From assembly GCA_951406725.2 (NCBI GenBank), contig OX597827.1:41354001-41418000 (forward strand): DNA of 64,000 nt, in the 5' to 3' direction. Both the position numbers and the translations under genes were made by a program. Shown here piece after piece: positions 12,620-26,148 of this stretch; within the stretch, counting starts at the first letter, position 1; every line of letters begins with the position of its first letter. This stretch comes from Octopus vulgaris (Eukaryota). The notes under the pieces are model-generated. The model was not told the origin of the DNA and did not search any database. It saw nothing but the letters and a program-made list of their open reading frames with translations.

Positions 12620-13300
12620 CACAATATTTTTTATGTGCTACTATTAGTTTCATGTGCCGAGAGCATGCCAGACAGTATTTTATAACACATCTGGTATCCT
12701 TGATTGTGCAAGGATGCCAGATGTGATATAAAATACTGTCTGGTATGCTTTAAGCACATGAAACTAATAGTAACACATAAACACATATTGTGTTTATTAT
12801 ATATATATATGTATGTATATATTATCAGTTGTCTGTAGACAAAATTATATAACATCTTCATGCCTTAATTTTTTTCTGTGTAAAATATTATCAGCTGGTT
12901 GCAAATCCTTGCTGAATGTTTTTTTATTTCAGAGATTTCTTTCTCTTTAACGGATTGTTGTCTTCACTATGACTGCTGAGCACCATCTACTCTTGACTGT
13001 GTGGAATGGCTGTTGCCTTTTCTTGAGTTCCTCCACCCATTGGTGGGTTTTGTTTTTCATCCTGCATTGTGTCCAAATATCACACTCCACACCAGTCAAG
13101 CTTGGTGAAGTTTCTGGATTAGATGTCAACAACCCATCCATGCAACAGGTTGCAATGGGTTACATGTTATCAGTAGTTCAAGATCCATTATGTATATATA
13201 TATATATAAAATGTCCCACCCATAGTTACACGATGATGATCACTATATATATATATATAAAGATAAAACTTACTTAGAAATGGATGTGTGTGTTCCATCA

Positions 13301-13641
13301 TATAATAACAAATGAAATATATGCATATATACATATATGTATGTACCTACCTACATCTATATGTGTATATACATGCATAGATGGGTACAGGACACCAAAA
13401 AAAACGTTGAACACAATGAGAAACGAAAACATAAACACAAAACCAAGGAAATGGACATTTTTCTTAAACAACGAAAAAATGTCCATTTCCTTGGTTTTGT
13501 GTTTATGTTTTTTTCTCATTGTGTTCGACGTTTTTTGGGTGTCCTGTACCCATATATGCATGTATATATACATATAGATGTAGGTACGTACATATATGTA
13601 TGTATATATGCATATGTTTTATTTATTATTTTGTTATTATA
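13301..13641. repeat. Long near-perfect palindrome (~160-bp arms, ~9-nt loop) of a dispersed repeat
   Basis: Arms are reverse complements around ~13464-13472; a single-orientation copy lies at ~46550-46720. Confidence 0.9.
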
Positions 13642-13669
13642 TATATATATTCTTGTTTTGGATTACTGC

Positions 13670-13990
13670 CTTCAGGACTTATTTTTTGTAATCCTAGTAC
13701 TTATTCTATCGGTCACTTTTGGCGAATTGCTAAGCTATAAGGACGTAAACATATCAGCATTGTGTTTACATCAGCAATGTTGGAGGGGCAAACACAGACA
13801 CACAAGCATATACATGTATATATATGCGATGGGCGTCTTCCACTTTCCTTCTACCGAATCCACTCACAAGGCTTTGGTTGGCCCATGGCTATAGTAGAAA
13901 ACACTTGCCCAAGGTGCCATGCAGTGGGACTGAACCCGGAACCATATGGTTGGTAAGCAAGCTACTTACCACACAGCCACTCCTGCGCCT
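13670..13990 (-). mobile_element. SINE family A
   Basis: Homologous to 15877-16252. Confidence 0.8.
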
Positions 13991-14011
13991 ATATAAATAT
14001 ATTATATAATA

Positions 14012-14166
14012 TTATAATAAAAGCCACAAGTCTTGTTAAATACAGCTACCCAGGGTTTCCTGATTGAAACAATTTATTTCAGCATTTTTCAAATGAAATG
14101 AATCAATGTTTTGACCAGGAAACCCTGGGTTGCTGTAATTAATAAGACTTGTGGTCTTTCTTATAA
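14012..14166. repeat. Imperfect inverted repeat (~65-bp arms)
   Basis: CCACAAGTCTT...ACCCAGGGTTTCCTG / CAGGAAACCCTGGGT...AAGACTTGTGG. Confidence 0.8.
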
Positions 14167-14619
14167 CATATATACTCTCTTAGCTGCTTCAGTGCTCTTC
14201 TGTTTGTTGAAGCCTTACCAGACAATTAGATATATATTTATATATCGTCATCATTTAACATCTGTCTTCCATCCTGGCATGGTTTGGATGGTTTGACAGG
14301 AGCTGGCCTGGTAGAAGAGTACACTGGCTACTGTTTCTTTTTTGGCATGGCTTTTATGGCAGGATGCCCTTCCTAACACCAACCACCATGTATAGTGGAC
14401 TGAGTGCTTTTGTACATGGTACCAGAACAGGCAAGGTCAGTTTTGGCATGGTTTTTACAGCTGGATGCCCTTCCAAATGCCAACCACGTCACAGTGTGGA
14501 CTGGATTTCTTTTACATGGCACCAGCACTGGCAGGGTCACCAAGTAACTTGCAAGACAATGAATTTTGAGAGCGGAGGGGGCATTAGCGATGATCTTGTG
14601 TCATATATATATATATATA

Positions 14620-14870
14620 TATGTGTGAAAGAAAAAGGTGTTCAGAATGCTGGATGGTTGTAAAAATATATATTTATTTATATATCACATATTATTACTT
14701 CATATTAGTGCTTTCAACTACTCCTGTAGTTTCATCAGAAAATGATTTTCTGATGAAACTACAGGAGTAGTTGAAAGCGCTAATATGAAGTAATAATATA
14801 TGATATGTAAATAAATATATATTTTTACAATCATCTAGCATTCTGAACATCTTTTTTCTTTCATATATAT
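14620..14870. repeat. Palindrome centred at 14744 carrying back-to-back hammerhead cores
   Basis: ~120-bp arms, 1-nt centre; CTGATGA-AACTAC-AGGA-GTAGTT-GAAA-GCGC-TA at 14750-14782 with its mirror on the - strand. Confidence 0.8.
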
Positions 14871-14891
14871 TAAATCTGTACACCACCCCCA

Positions 14892-14922
<31 letters not shown>

Positions 14923-14977
14923 GATTATATCGATGGAATAACTAAATAGCGGTGTGTCTCTAAACTCTCTCTCTCAC

Positions 14978-15008
<31 letters not shown>

Positions 15009-15400
15009 TGTGAATTTTGATTTAGTGTACTAAATTGAAATTTCTTTCCCTGTTGGCTTGGAATTATTATATTCTGTAACTATTATTAATATTAATATAT
15101 ATATATATATATATGTATGGATTTCACATCCGCTTTGATTAAATGATGACTCCAGGTGTTTAATTAAGTAATTATACAACTTCATGTATAAATTATGTAA
15201 GTGGCTGAGCAATACACAGACACTTGTGACATTAACCTAATCTTCAAGTAGAATAAGAGTGTGTCACTATCTACCAAATTTCTCTAAGAATATTTGGCAG
15301 AAACCCAAAGCTATAATAAATGAGATTAGTGTAAAGTGCAGGTCAATAGGATCTTACCGTGATTGAGAAGTGAAGTCTTTGACCCCTTGGTTATGTGTCC

Positions 15401-15437
<37 letters not shown>

Positions 15438-15876
15438 TACAAACAAATCTATGGTGTACTTTGCATGGCAAAATCTAATATGACTATGTCTATATATTTT
15501 TTTTATGGAATGCCTTTCTCTCTTTTAAACCTTTAGTATTTAAACTTGTCACATCCAGCCTAAATATAATACTTGTTTTGTGTTGAAACCAGCTAGATCA
15601 GCATCTGGCAGCTTCTATACAATGTCATTCTAAAAATACTCACCTATTTAGAGTCTCGAATTTGAAGATTAATACTGGATTAATTCAGAACAATGCGAAT
15701 GAATAAGCATTTGACTGAGTAATCGGAATGCTAAAGAATTGAAGGTTCTGTTGCTCTTTCTCTCCTCTCTCTCTCTCTCTCTCTGAAAAAAATTTGTTTT
15801 AATAATGTAACAGTAATATAACATGGTTTACATATATGCACACTCATACACACAAAATGGAAATGTATGTATATAT

Positions 15877-16252
15877 GGCGTAGGAGTGGCTGTGTGGTAA
15901 GTAGCTTGCTTACGAACCACATGGTTCTGGGTTCAGTCCCACTGCGTGGCACCTTGGGCAAGTGTCTTCTACTATAGCCTCGGGCCGACCAAAGCCTTGT
16001 GAGTGGATTTGGTAGACGGACACTGAAAGAAGCCCGTCGTATGTGTATATGTTTGTGTGTCTGTGTTTGTCTCCCCAACATCGCATGACAACCGACGCTG
16101 GTGTGTTTACGTCCCTGTAACTTAGCGGTTTGGCAAAAGAAACCAATAGAATAAGTACTAGGCTTACAAAGAATAAGTCCTGGTGTCGATTTGCTCGACT
16201 AAAAGATGGTGCTCCAGCATGACCACAGCCAAATGACTGAAACAAGTAAAAG
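15877..16252 (+). mobile_element. tRNA-derived SINE family A (near full-length reference copy)
   Basis: A box TGGCTGTGTGG, B-box-like GGTTCAGTCCC, internal (GT/AT)n, tail GACTGAAACAAGTAAAAGA; more than 10 copies in the window. Confidence 0.85.
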
Positions 16253-16284
16253 ACTATATGTATACACAAATTTCATTGACATAC

Positions 16285-16563
16285 GTACATCACAGTATCA
16301 ACTGGACTATCGCTGGTCACAATGCACTTCACACTGTTTTAGCTTTTGAATGACACCACCCTGCTGGCTAGGTGAGCAGGCCAACCTTCTGTCTGACTCG
16401 AAGAATGCTATGTAACAGGTTTTCCTGTTAACAGCTGACTAGACTGGAACAGTGTGGAATACGTGTTTTGCTCAAGAAGACAACATACCGCTGGGTCTGG
16501 GAATCGATCCCGTGATCTCACAATCGTGAGTGCAATACCTAACCATTAGACCACATGCCTTCA
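16285..16563 (-). mobile_element. tRNA-derived SINE, family C-type head with a structured 3' domain
   Basis: Head with GGATCGATTCCC B box; 3' domain shared with 58704-58816 and ~23395-23490. Confidence 0.6.
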
Positions 16564-18372
16564 CTAATACACATCCACATCCATTATATATATATATATA
16601 ATCTGTGTGTGTGTGTTTACACATTCATCCTCTTATATCATTACATTAGCAGAGCTGTTAGTGTCAGAGAGAAGGCCATGCAATATACTGTATATGCAGA
16701 TGCGTATAAGGACATGCTTTCTTTTATTTTTAAATGGAAAAAAAAAAATGCTCTATGTCTTTACTGATGGGATATTGAGGGCATAATGAGACACATGAGA
16801 TTTGCTTTCTCTTTGAAAAAAAAATTGAAAAAAAGGTAAGGGTATTCTTATGCAAGAGTATGTCTTTTACACAGAAAAATACAGTATGTTCTGGTTCTCT
16901 GCACTCTCAGTTCAAATTTTACCAAAGCCAGTTTTCCAGTTATCCTTCTGGATCCTGCAAATAATGTGCCATTCTAGTACTAGAGTTGATTCTCCTCTCT
17001 CGCTCTTCCCCCTCTCTCTCTTGGCTGTGTCAAGCTGTTCGAGTGTCATAAAAGACCAATCACAGCATTCCCTCTTGTTGTGCTTGCATATTTTTACTTT
17101 TGACCTGGTTTCTATGGCTGGATGCCCTTCCCAACAGCAACCCCTTTACAAAATGTAATAGATTCATGTTATCATGGTACCAGCACTAAAGTTGTCATAT
17201 CCTTGGTAAGTCTCATTGGTTCTCTGAACCCTACGTTTGCCTCTATTCCTTGTATACTGGCGGCATTTTATTACGGCACCAGCAATAACAATGCCTTTGT
17301 ATCTTGTAAGACTCGAGAGACCTTACTAATCTGTTGTCTCTGCTCCTTCAATGTTACTGATGGTGAATAAGGAAGGAGAGAGGGTATGAACCAAGTTGAA
17401 ATGAACAGAGCAATCGGGATGAGAGGGTAATGGAAGAGAGACAGTAAGGGCTAGGAGAATGGAAAAGGAAAGCAAACGACGGGTAAGCAATACAGGCGGG
17501 TGATGTTAAGACAAACTGATGGATATCAGTAATGAATGATGTGGAGGAGAGAGAAAGAGTGTGTGTGATGGTTTGCTGTAGTGAATAGTGATGGGGAAGT
17601 GTATCAGTCACGAGTAGATCTAATGCAATCTCTTGTTATACAGGCAACATGATTGGAGAGAGAGAGGTGGGGAGATTAAGGGTAGTGGTTGGGAGTGATA
17701 GATCGAAGGTGGAGAGATCTCGTATCACATGTTACATGAGTGGTTTGATACAGTGACAAATTTAGAGCACATGGCATTGTAGCCCCACAAGCCATGAGAA
17801 AAGTGTTGAAGACCTAGTCCTTATAACTGAATCTGTGGTAGATTTGGAGAAGAAATTCCAAGTATTACAGCAAAAGCCAAGAAACAGGGAAGAGGGTGAG
17901 TAACAGATGAAGTGAGGTTAGTGGAAGAAAACTTAAAAAAGACCATAATGGACAAGAGACCCAAATGTAGATACACGATTCAACTACCATCACCACCTCA
18001 GTTTTGACATTCGTTTCATCACTTTCGTATCTGGTTAGATTTCCACCAATGCTGAATATCATCAAAAGTTTCCCTTTGTTATCTTCTTTGTGAAATCAGC
18101 TATCACCACTTTGTCCTATGTTTTTTCTAAATGTCCCACTTCCTTCCAGAGGTTCTTTTCATTTGGTATGCTCAGCACTTTTGTTACCTTCAATACCCGT
18201 TACTTACCCGAACCAGCAGAGTTTTTTTTCTCTCAGTTCGTTTGTGCTCTTTTTTTTATGTACACTAACATTAAGCATCCATCAGTACTTGCTTCATTTC
18301 TTGTTAGTCTTTGCGGTTGCTCTGTATTTAAGGCCCACATCTTTTCTACTATATATATAAATATATGCATAT

Positions 18373-18719
18373 AGGTGTAGGAGCGGCTGTGGTAAGTAGC
18401 TTGCTTACCAACCAGGTTCAGTCCCACTGCGTGACACCTTGGGCACTACTATAGCCACAGGCCGACCAAAGCCTTGTGAGTGGATTTGGTAGACGGAAAC
18501 TGAAAGAAGCCCGTCGCATATATGTACGTGTGTGTATATGTTTGTGTGTCTATGTCCCCCCCCCCCAACATCGCTTGACAACCGATGCTGGTGTGTTTAC
18601 GTCCCCATAACTTAACGGTTCGGCAAAAAGAGACCGATAGAATAAGTACTAGGCTTACAAAGAATAAATCTTGGGTCAATTTGCTCGGTCACAGTCAAAT
18701 GACTGAAACAAGTAAAAGA
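18373..18719 (+). mobile_element. SINE family A
   Basis: Homologous to 15877-16252. Confidence 0.85.
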
Positions 18720-19544
18720 CACACACATATATATATATAGTATTGTATTTTGTATGCATCAAATATGCTCTTCACTCAGAAAGAGGGATACCTTTTGTTA
18801 CTTGGGGTAATAGTTCTCTGAACTTTTTCCAACCTTGTTTCATTCTAGTGCCATGCTTTTGGAACATCTGCCTCAACATCTAATTGGTTCAACCAAATAA
18901 TCATAAAGCTCTTAGCTATTCCAGGGAACTGCCTCTATTTTGTGTTTGTTCGTCCTACAACCAAAGTCTACTTCCTCCCTTAGCCTGTTTGTGACCCCAT
19001 TATACCTCTTTTGCATCCTTTGTTTACCCTGGATACACCATATGGAATTTCTAGTTATTTCTTTTTCTGCACATTAAACATACTCCTTTCTCTGATAGTA
19101 TCAGAGCCCGCTCTTCTTTCCTTTGAGGTTTCTTATCTTTTGCTGTAATGCCTGGAATTTCTCCTCCAAATCTACCACAAATTCAGCTATAAGGATTAGG
19201 TCTTCAATACTTTTCTCATGGACAGCCAGTTAAATCGCCTCGGCCATGGCTTGTGGGGCTACAATAAGCAGAAAGGGGCTGGAGACTGAGCCATGTGCTC
19301 TAAATTTGTCACTAGTCGTTGCTAACCCTTGCTTTGCTTACTGCAACCCTGTACATCGTTTGCACAAACCTCACAACTCGTTCATTTTTTTTTCCTAGTT
19401 TCCTTAGTAATCACTGCTTAAGTCTTTTCTGGATCCGCGAATGCTATTACTATATAACAGCTTACTCCCAACTATAGTTGTCCCTCTTTTTGGCACAAAG
19501 CCAAACATCTCATCTCGTGATTATCCTGTTTGTAATCAGTTGCA

Positions 19545-20205
19545 GTGGAGGCGCGTAGCTTAGTGGTTAGGGTGTCAGCATCATAATCGTAAGATTGTGG
19601 TTTCGTTTCCTGGACCGGGTGATGCGTTATGTTCTTGAGCAAAGCACTTCATTTCACGTTGCTCCAGTCCACTCAACTGGCGAAAATGAGTAACGCTGCG
19701 ATGGACTGGCGTCCTGTCCACCTGGGGAACACATACGCCATTGAAACTGGGAAACCGGGCCCATGAGCCTGGCTAGGCTTTAAAAGGGCGCATTTATTTT
19801 TTTTAATCAGTTGCACTCTAATTCTCTGTAACTTACGCAACCTGATCCTTCAGTTTGATACCTCATCAGTGCATCTTTGCTCTTGGTGATGGCGCGTGGT
19901 TTAATGATTAAGGTATTAGGCTTCCGTTGTGAGTTTGATTCCCACCGGCATATTGTATCCTTGAGCAAGACACTATTTCTCGTTGCCCCAGTCCACTCAG
20001 CTGGCAAAAATTAGTTGTACCTTTAATTCAAAGTTGCCAGCTTTGTCACATTCTGTGTCACACTGAATCTCCCTGCAAACCATGTTAAATGTTAGGTGTG
20101 TCTGCAGAGTGCTCAGTCACTCTGCATGTAAATTTCATGAGCAGGCTGTTTGGTTGATTGAATAAACTGGAACCCTTATCATCATCATAACCGATGGAGA
20201 TCCGG
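19545..20205 (+). mobile_element. Two SINE family C-type copies (19545-19790, ~19887-20205)
   Basis: GTGGAGGCGC... tRNA head followed by the CTTGAGCAA...CCAGTCCACTCA core. Confidence 0.7.
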
Positions 20206-21968
20206 GCATTTGCTCTTGTAGCAGTTGACAATGATACTGCTATGGCAGTCAGTGGGTAAGGCGCCTACCTTTACATCCTGGTTGACTATACACGGGACAT
20301 ACCTTGCCAGTTATTTTCAACATCTCAGCAGCTATATCTGGTGGTCCAGCTGTCTCCATATCCTTGAACACCCTTTTCATCACACTAGTCTTGACTTGAA
20401 TGGCTGGTCCCTCCATGTCATCTACTTTTGATAGGCCCTCTTTTTTCCATACATTCTTATCAATCAACAGCCTCTCATAATAGTACTTGTGTGTGTGTAT
20501 GTCTACAAACACATGCAAGTAAATGTTTTAAGCATTTCAGCGATTGCTAGTCCATCAAGGATAATCATAGAGATGCTGAAAATATCTGATGAAGTAAGAT
20601 ATGTGCTAGTCTCCAAAATAACCAATCAGGTAATGCAGGATATCGTATCCAATGATTTCATAGCAATATCATTGTAAACTGCTACAAGGGCAAAGATGTA
20701 TTCGATGGAAATTGCAGGAAGTATCAAATTGCTGGGTCAGATTATGAAAGTTACAGAAAGAGTTATTGTACAATCGATCACTAACAGAAACTAGAGACTG
20801 GTGCTATGTTAAACATACCCAACACTCTCTGTAAAGGAGTCGGCGTTAATAAGTAGTGAGATGTAGAGCTTGAATGCAGAAGACTTGTGAAGGCTAGAAA
20901 GAAATGAACTAAACAAGCATGCATCAATGAATGTGTGATGCCAGTGTTGAAGAGTGCCGTGGCACAAATGAGATGAGTTGGAATTTGGATATTATGTGCC
21001 ACAAACGAAGATACAATGGAGAAGTAACCCTGAGAAATCTTTTGTCAATAGTAGTGATATAAACCGTATTACTGTGGAACGAGGATAATTTTATTCAGAT
21101 CGTTTTTTAAGAAGACAAGAATGAACATACATGGGCGGGAAACTTTTTAATGATGAAACGAAATAATCCTCGTAACATAAGTAGTAGTAGTAGTAGTTAA
21201 AATTTAAAAGTGGAATATGTCAGGAATAATTTTCATTGAATACTTACTAAATGTATCTCTTTTTTTTTTTTTGTACAAGTGTTCTTCAGAAACACTTATT
21301 TTGAAATATTTGAAAAATCCGTCAGAATTATGAATTTGTTGTTGGCAAATGAATAGACACAGAACAAGACTAAAGTAAATGTGGAATATGCGGGGTGTCT
21401 TTCTGTGTAAGACTACACTGGAAATTCACATATGAATACAGACTAGAAATACAGTGGAAATTATTCTTGTAAAACCACAAGTGAATAATATACTTTGAAG
21501 GCTATTATTAAGTCATTAATCATTAATACTCATTAAACATAACAACACTGGAATAAAACTTAGAGGTTAGTGACGTTAGTGGAAAAGTATTCTCATTCAA
21601 ATGTCTGATCGGCACTCAGCTGTATAAGTTGAAAGACATAATGTCAACGAAGGTAATAGCTCCCGACTTTCTCCATCCTATTCTTATTCTAGCAAATATT
21701 CTTCAGAACATCCTTCTCCACTGCTGATTTGGTCACGTAGGTAACAGAAACTATCTACAACTTTAAGGAGTCTGCTGGGCATTTGAGGAATTCTAATTCC
21801 AGTAGTGACAGTGACAACAATATTGTTGAAACAAGGTATCACGATGAAATATCTACATACTAGACACACAAGTACACATGTGGTAGCATTTGACATGTAA
21901 TATAGTGAGTAATGAAACTTCATCTATCTAATACCCACGCAATAGGTAGACAAAACTTCATTCAAGGA

Positions 21969-22166
21969 TACTGTTTTTTCCAGCATTCAAGTCAAATTTT
22001 TCGGACCAAAATTTACGACTAGAAAAGGTAAGTCGACTTATACACAAAGACGACTCTGGAGGATCAAAAATTTCATATACAATGCAGCAGAGTTTGGAGA
22101 GATAGTGACATAGTTTCAATGTCTACAGTATACACTATGTTAGCTTGTATGCTGGAAAATACGATA
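21969..22166. mobile_element. pogo/Tigger-like MITE remnant
   Basis: TIR-like ends TACTGTTTTTTCCAGCAT / ATGCTGGAAAATACGATA. Confidence 0.45.
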
Positions 22167-24764
22167 TTTGAAACGAAAATTCAAGAGAGATAACTGCAGT
22201 GAAATCAGCAAAGTGAATTTTTTTTGAAATTAAAGGTGAAGCAAATGGGAACCGATCTTAATTAAAAAAAACCAGTTGATTAAAGCAGTGGACATGTTTC
22301 AGTCATTCCTATTTTGTACTCATTTCATTTTCTAGACATTTTCTTTAGTTGGTCTTATTGGACTCAACTCTGCTAGTTGTCTTTAGCAGCTTTGGAGGGA
22401 GTTTAAGTCTATTGGTTGCTAGGATTTCAACAGCGATCCACTTGCTTTACATAATTCTTCTGCTCTTTTGAATGATATGACTGCTTCTTGCCAGTTTTTA
22501 GGATTTCATAACTAAATTTATTCACACACATGGTTGTGTGGTTAAGTTGGTTTCCAAATCACATGGTTTCGGTTTCAGTCCCACTGCATAGTACATTGGG
22601 CAAATGACTCCTACTGAAGATGTGTGTCGACTAAAGCCTTGTGGATGAAATTACTAGATGGAAACTGAGAGAAGTGTGTGTGTTGCTGAGCCCCTTTGTC
22701 TTGATATCATGTGGTTGCTGTAAATAAGCGTCAATATCATCCAAGCGGTGATCTTCATTCACAACCTTCCATGAAAACATGTCCAGCCATTGGGGAAATA
22801 TTACCCTACTTGGAATCAGGTGAGGGTTGGCGACAGGAAAGTCATCTGACTGTGGAAAATCTAGTTTGACGAATTCCAACTGACCAATGTAAGCATGTAA
22901 AAGTGGATTTTAAATGATGATGATGATGAGGACGAAGATAAATCTGATTTTTTGAATACCTATGCATAATGTGTGTGTGTGATGGTCACCAGCTGATTTC
23001 TGCATGAAACGATCAGTATTATTTAATGATTAATAACAAAGAAATAATTGAATATAATGTAGCATATATTCCCAGTATTTGAGAACTTCGTTGCATTATG
23101 AAGCAAAACAAGGGAATTAATTCAGTATCGCACTGTCTAGTCACCAGGGGAGACAACACCGTCTTGCTTTAATTTTCCGTAGCAAATAAGGCACACATTC
23201 GATGCGTATTTAGCAACATCACAGTTACAAATAGTGAAGCGCTATTCAGTATTTTGTAGAGTTTTGATTTCAGTGGGTTTATCGTGTTGTTTATATATTA
23301 GTTTTACAGCTCTCCATGAATCCAAGTTATGTATGTATATAGACAGTTACATGGTGGTCGTAGCATTAGTTCTAATACATCACTGTATCGACAAGACTAT
23401 CGGATCTTATACGCGACTGATCCCAGTGCCCTTCGCTACATGTAGCTCCCGAATGATGCCAACTCCCTCGCTAAGCAGGCGGGCCAATATTCCTCTGAAC
23501 AAAACGTCTGCTCGTTGATTGCTAATTTACCTCTCAGCGAACTGGAGCTACGTGGTATGAAGTGTTTTGTTCAAGAACACGTCGCACCACAGGTTTGGCA
23601 ATTATCACAAACATTAATCGAAGTGTACAGAATTGTAATCATTACAGCCGACCTCACCAATCGGTTTCGCGCTGGGTGTTATATCAGATGTTAGATAACA
23701 GCCCAACTATGTAACCCTACGCTCATGAAAGCTAGCAGTTATGGAAGAAATAAGTTGACTGACTGCTTGATGTAATTGTGGGTAAAAAAAAAAAACACCT
23801 CCGATCTGTGGTTGCTGTAAAAAAGGACGAAACGAACTGAGCAAGGGTTAAATCAAGAATTATGTCCCTTGGCACCAAAACAGCCTCTGGAAGATAAGTC
23901 TCGAAGAGTTTTTCTGGAAATGTGTGTAGTGTTTAGGGGTTGGTATTCGTGTTGTTTTGGAATGTGTGTTATTGTACTACACATGTAGCGGGTTTTTTTT
24001 TTTTTGGGGGGGGAGGATGGGGTTGCTGGGTGGATGTCTGAAGACCTAAGCATTTGTTAGATTGCTTAAGTGCTTATGCATTCGTTTGCGTATGTTTTGG
24101 CGCAAGTCTTTGTGGTATTCTTGTAGTTTTGGAATATATAGATAAGGTCATTTAGGCAGTCAGAGCATGTGACAGAATATTTATGTTTAGGTTAATCATC
24201 AAGACCCACTTGTGTAATAGCATCAGAATGTTTAAAAAACAAAACAAAACAAAACAAAAAAAACACTGCTAAAAATATCATTAAAACATTGACTATTTTA
24301 TACAAAATTTCTTGAGGAGAATCTGGAGAATTTCATGCCATGATCAAATCAGAAAAAAAGAAGTTTTCAGAAGAACATCAACTTGAAGGTTCCAAGGTAT
24401 CAAATTGATAGACCACATCATGGAAGTGGCAGTGAATTATAGTAAAGCTAATCAACAAAAGAAACAGAGAAATGTCTTAGATAAGATGTAGTTCGAGTTT
24501 GTGCCAAAACCTCTGATTCTATTCTTATTAGTGAGACAACTGCAGAAGTTCTAAACACAGCACTCATTGAACTGGAGAAATCCCTTGACAGGGTACCATG
24601 TTAGCCCACCCTAGTTTTTGGGGTGGGGTACTACATAGTTGTCCATACCTTATTCTTTTCAATCTAACAGCATTAGTACTGAGTTACTCCATTGTATATT
24701 CATGTGGTGTGAAGTGAACTCAACACAGTTTCACATCAGAAATCATGCAACACAAATTCATATA

Positions 24765-25100
24765 CTCTCTTACTTGTTTCAGTCATTTGACTGTGGCCAT
24801 GCTGGAGCACTGCCTAGTACTTATTCTATCGCTCTTTTTTGCTGAACGGCTAAGTTACAGAGACATAAACACACCAACATCGGCTGTCAAGTGATGTTGG
24901 GGGGACAAAAGAAGACACACAAACATACATATATATGACGGGCTTCTTTCAGTTTCCCATCTACCAAATCCACTCACAAGGCTTTGGTCGGCCTGATGCT
25001 ATAGTAGAAGACACTTGCCCAAGGTGCCATGCAGTGGGACTGAACCTGGAACCATGTAGTTGGTAAGCAAGCCACTTACCACATAGTCACTCCTACGCCT
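24765..25100 (-). mobile_element. SINE family A
   Basis: Homologous to 15877-16252. Confidence 0.85.
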
Positions 25101-25155
25101 ATAGATATAGGAGAGTATTATAGTTCGCTTGAAGCATTGTGTATTGTTTGTAAAG

Positions 25156-25347
25156 AATAAAATGTTTTGAATGGTACAAACAATGGGCTATATACCTGTT
25201 GTTATTTAGTCATCCATAGTCTAAGAATATCTGAAGAAGGAATTTCATTCCGAAATATCATCAGACTTTGGATGACTAAATTACAACAGGTATATAGCCC
25301 ATTGTCTGTATTATAGAGCATTGTTGTAGCATTCAAAACTTTTTATT
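25156..25347 (+). ncRNA. Fold-back repeat with a minimal hammerhead-like core at its tip (25231-25259)
   Basis: Arms ~25180-25222 / 25263-25305; loop CTGAAGA-A-GGAAT-TTC-ATTCC-GAAA-TA-TC. Confidence 0.6.
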
Positions 25348-25437
25348 ATATATATAGAAATATCAATATTTCTAAATCTCTCTAAAGGAGACTACGGCAG
25401 CAGTACTGGATATTAATAGTTATCACCAAGCTAACAT

Positions 25438-25604
25438 GGCAGTTCAGGAAAATAGGATGAATGCTGCTGTTGATTAGCTCCAAGAGGCCATCGCCTCTAG
25501 CTAGCTATGTGACACATGAACCTGTGTCTGTCACATAGCTAGCTAGAGGCGATGGCCTCTTGAGCTCATCAATAGCAGCATTCATCCTATTTTCCTGGAC
25601 TGCC
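25438..25604. repeat. Near-perfect palindrome (~78-bp arms)
   Basis: GGCAGTTCAGGAAAATAGGATG...GCTATGTGACA / TGTCACATAGC...CATCCTATTTTCCTGGACTGCC. Confidence 0.9.
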
Positions 25605-26148
25605 GACAGTTTTATTGCCCAGTATGATAGAAAGAGGAGTAACACACACACTCAGGTGCATAACAAAAATACGATAAAATTTATCATCAAATTTGCTGTG
25701 TTAAAACATACTTGGTGCATTCTTTAAGGTGACTGGTGAATGAGTGGGGACAATGAAAGGTTGACATTCTCCTTTAGTTCTGTCTTGTTGAGGACATGGT
25801 GAACTCTAGAGTTGACAGCAGAATATAATGCGTCTATTACACATTGTAAAGTGGTTGGTATTCTAACTGCCACATGTATATCAATGAAGATGTGGAAGAC
25901 ACTTATCTCTAGTTTTTCAAAAAGTTGTAGATAGAGACATTGTTTTTATTAAACCAAAGCACTCAATACACGCTGTAAAGTGGTTAGCATTAGAAAGGGC
26001 ATCCAGCCATAGAAACCATGTCAAAACAGACTACTGTGGACCCTGGTGCAGCTTTCCTGCATGCCAACAACTATCTACCCATCCAAACCATATCAACATG
26101 AAAAGACGGATGTTAAGTGATGATGAATATTTTGGTATACATTCTACA

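Larger units (their letters stand above)
17750..21800. mobile_element. Patchwork of decayed RTE-type LINE fragments in both orientations, interrupted by SINEs
   Basis: Peptide remnants GSVSSPFLLI...DLILIAE (19135-19315, -), AGPPDIAAEMLKI (20249-20518, -), LKVVDSFCYLRDQIS (~21700-21770, -). Confidence 0.55.
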
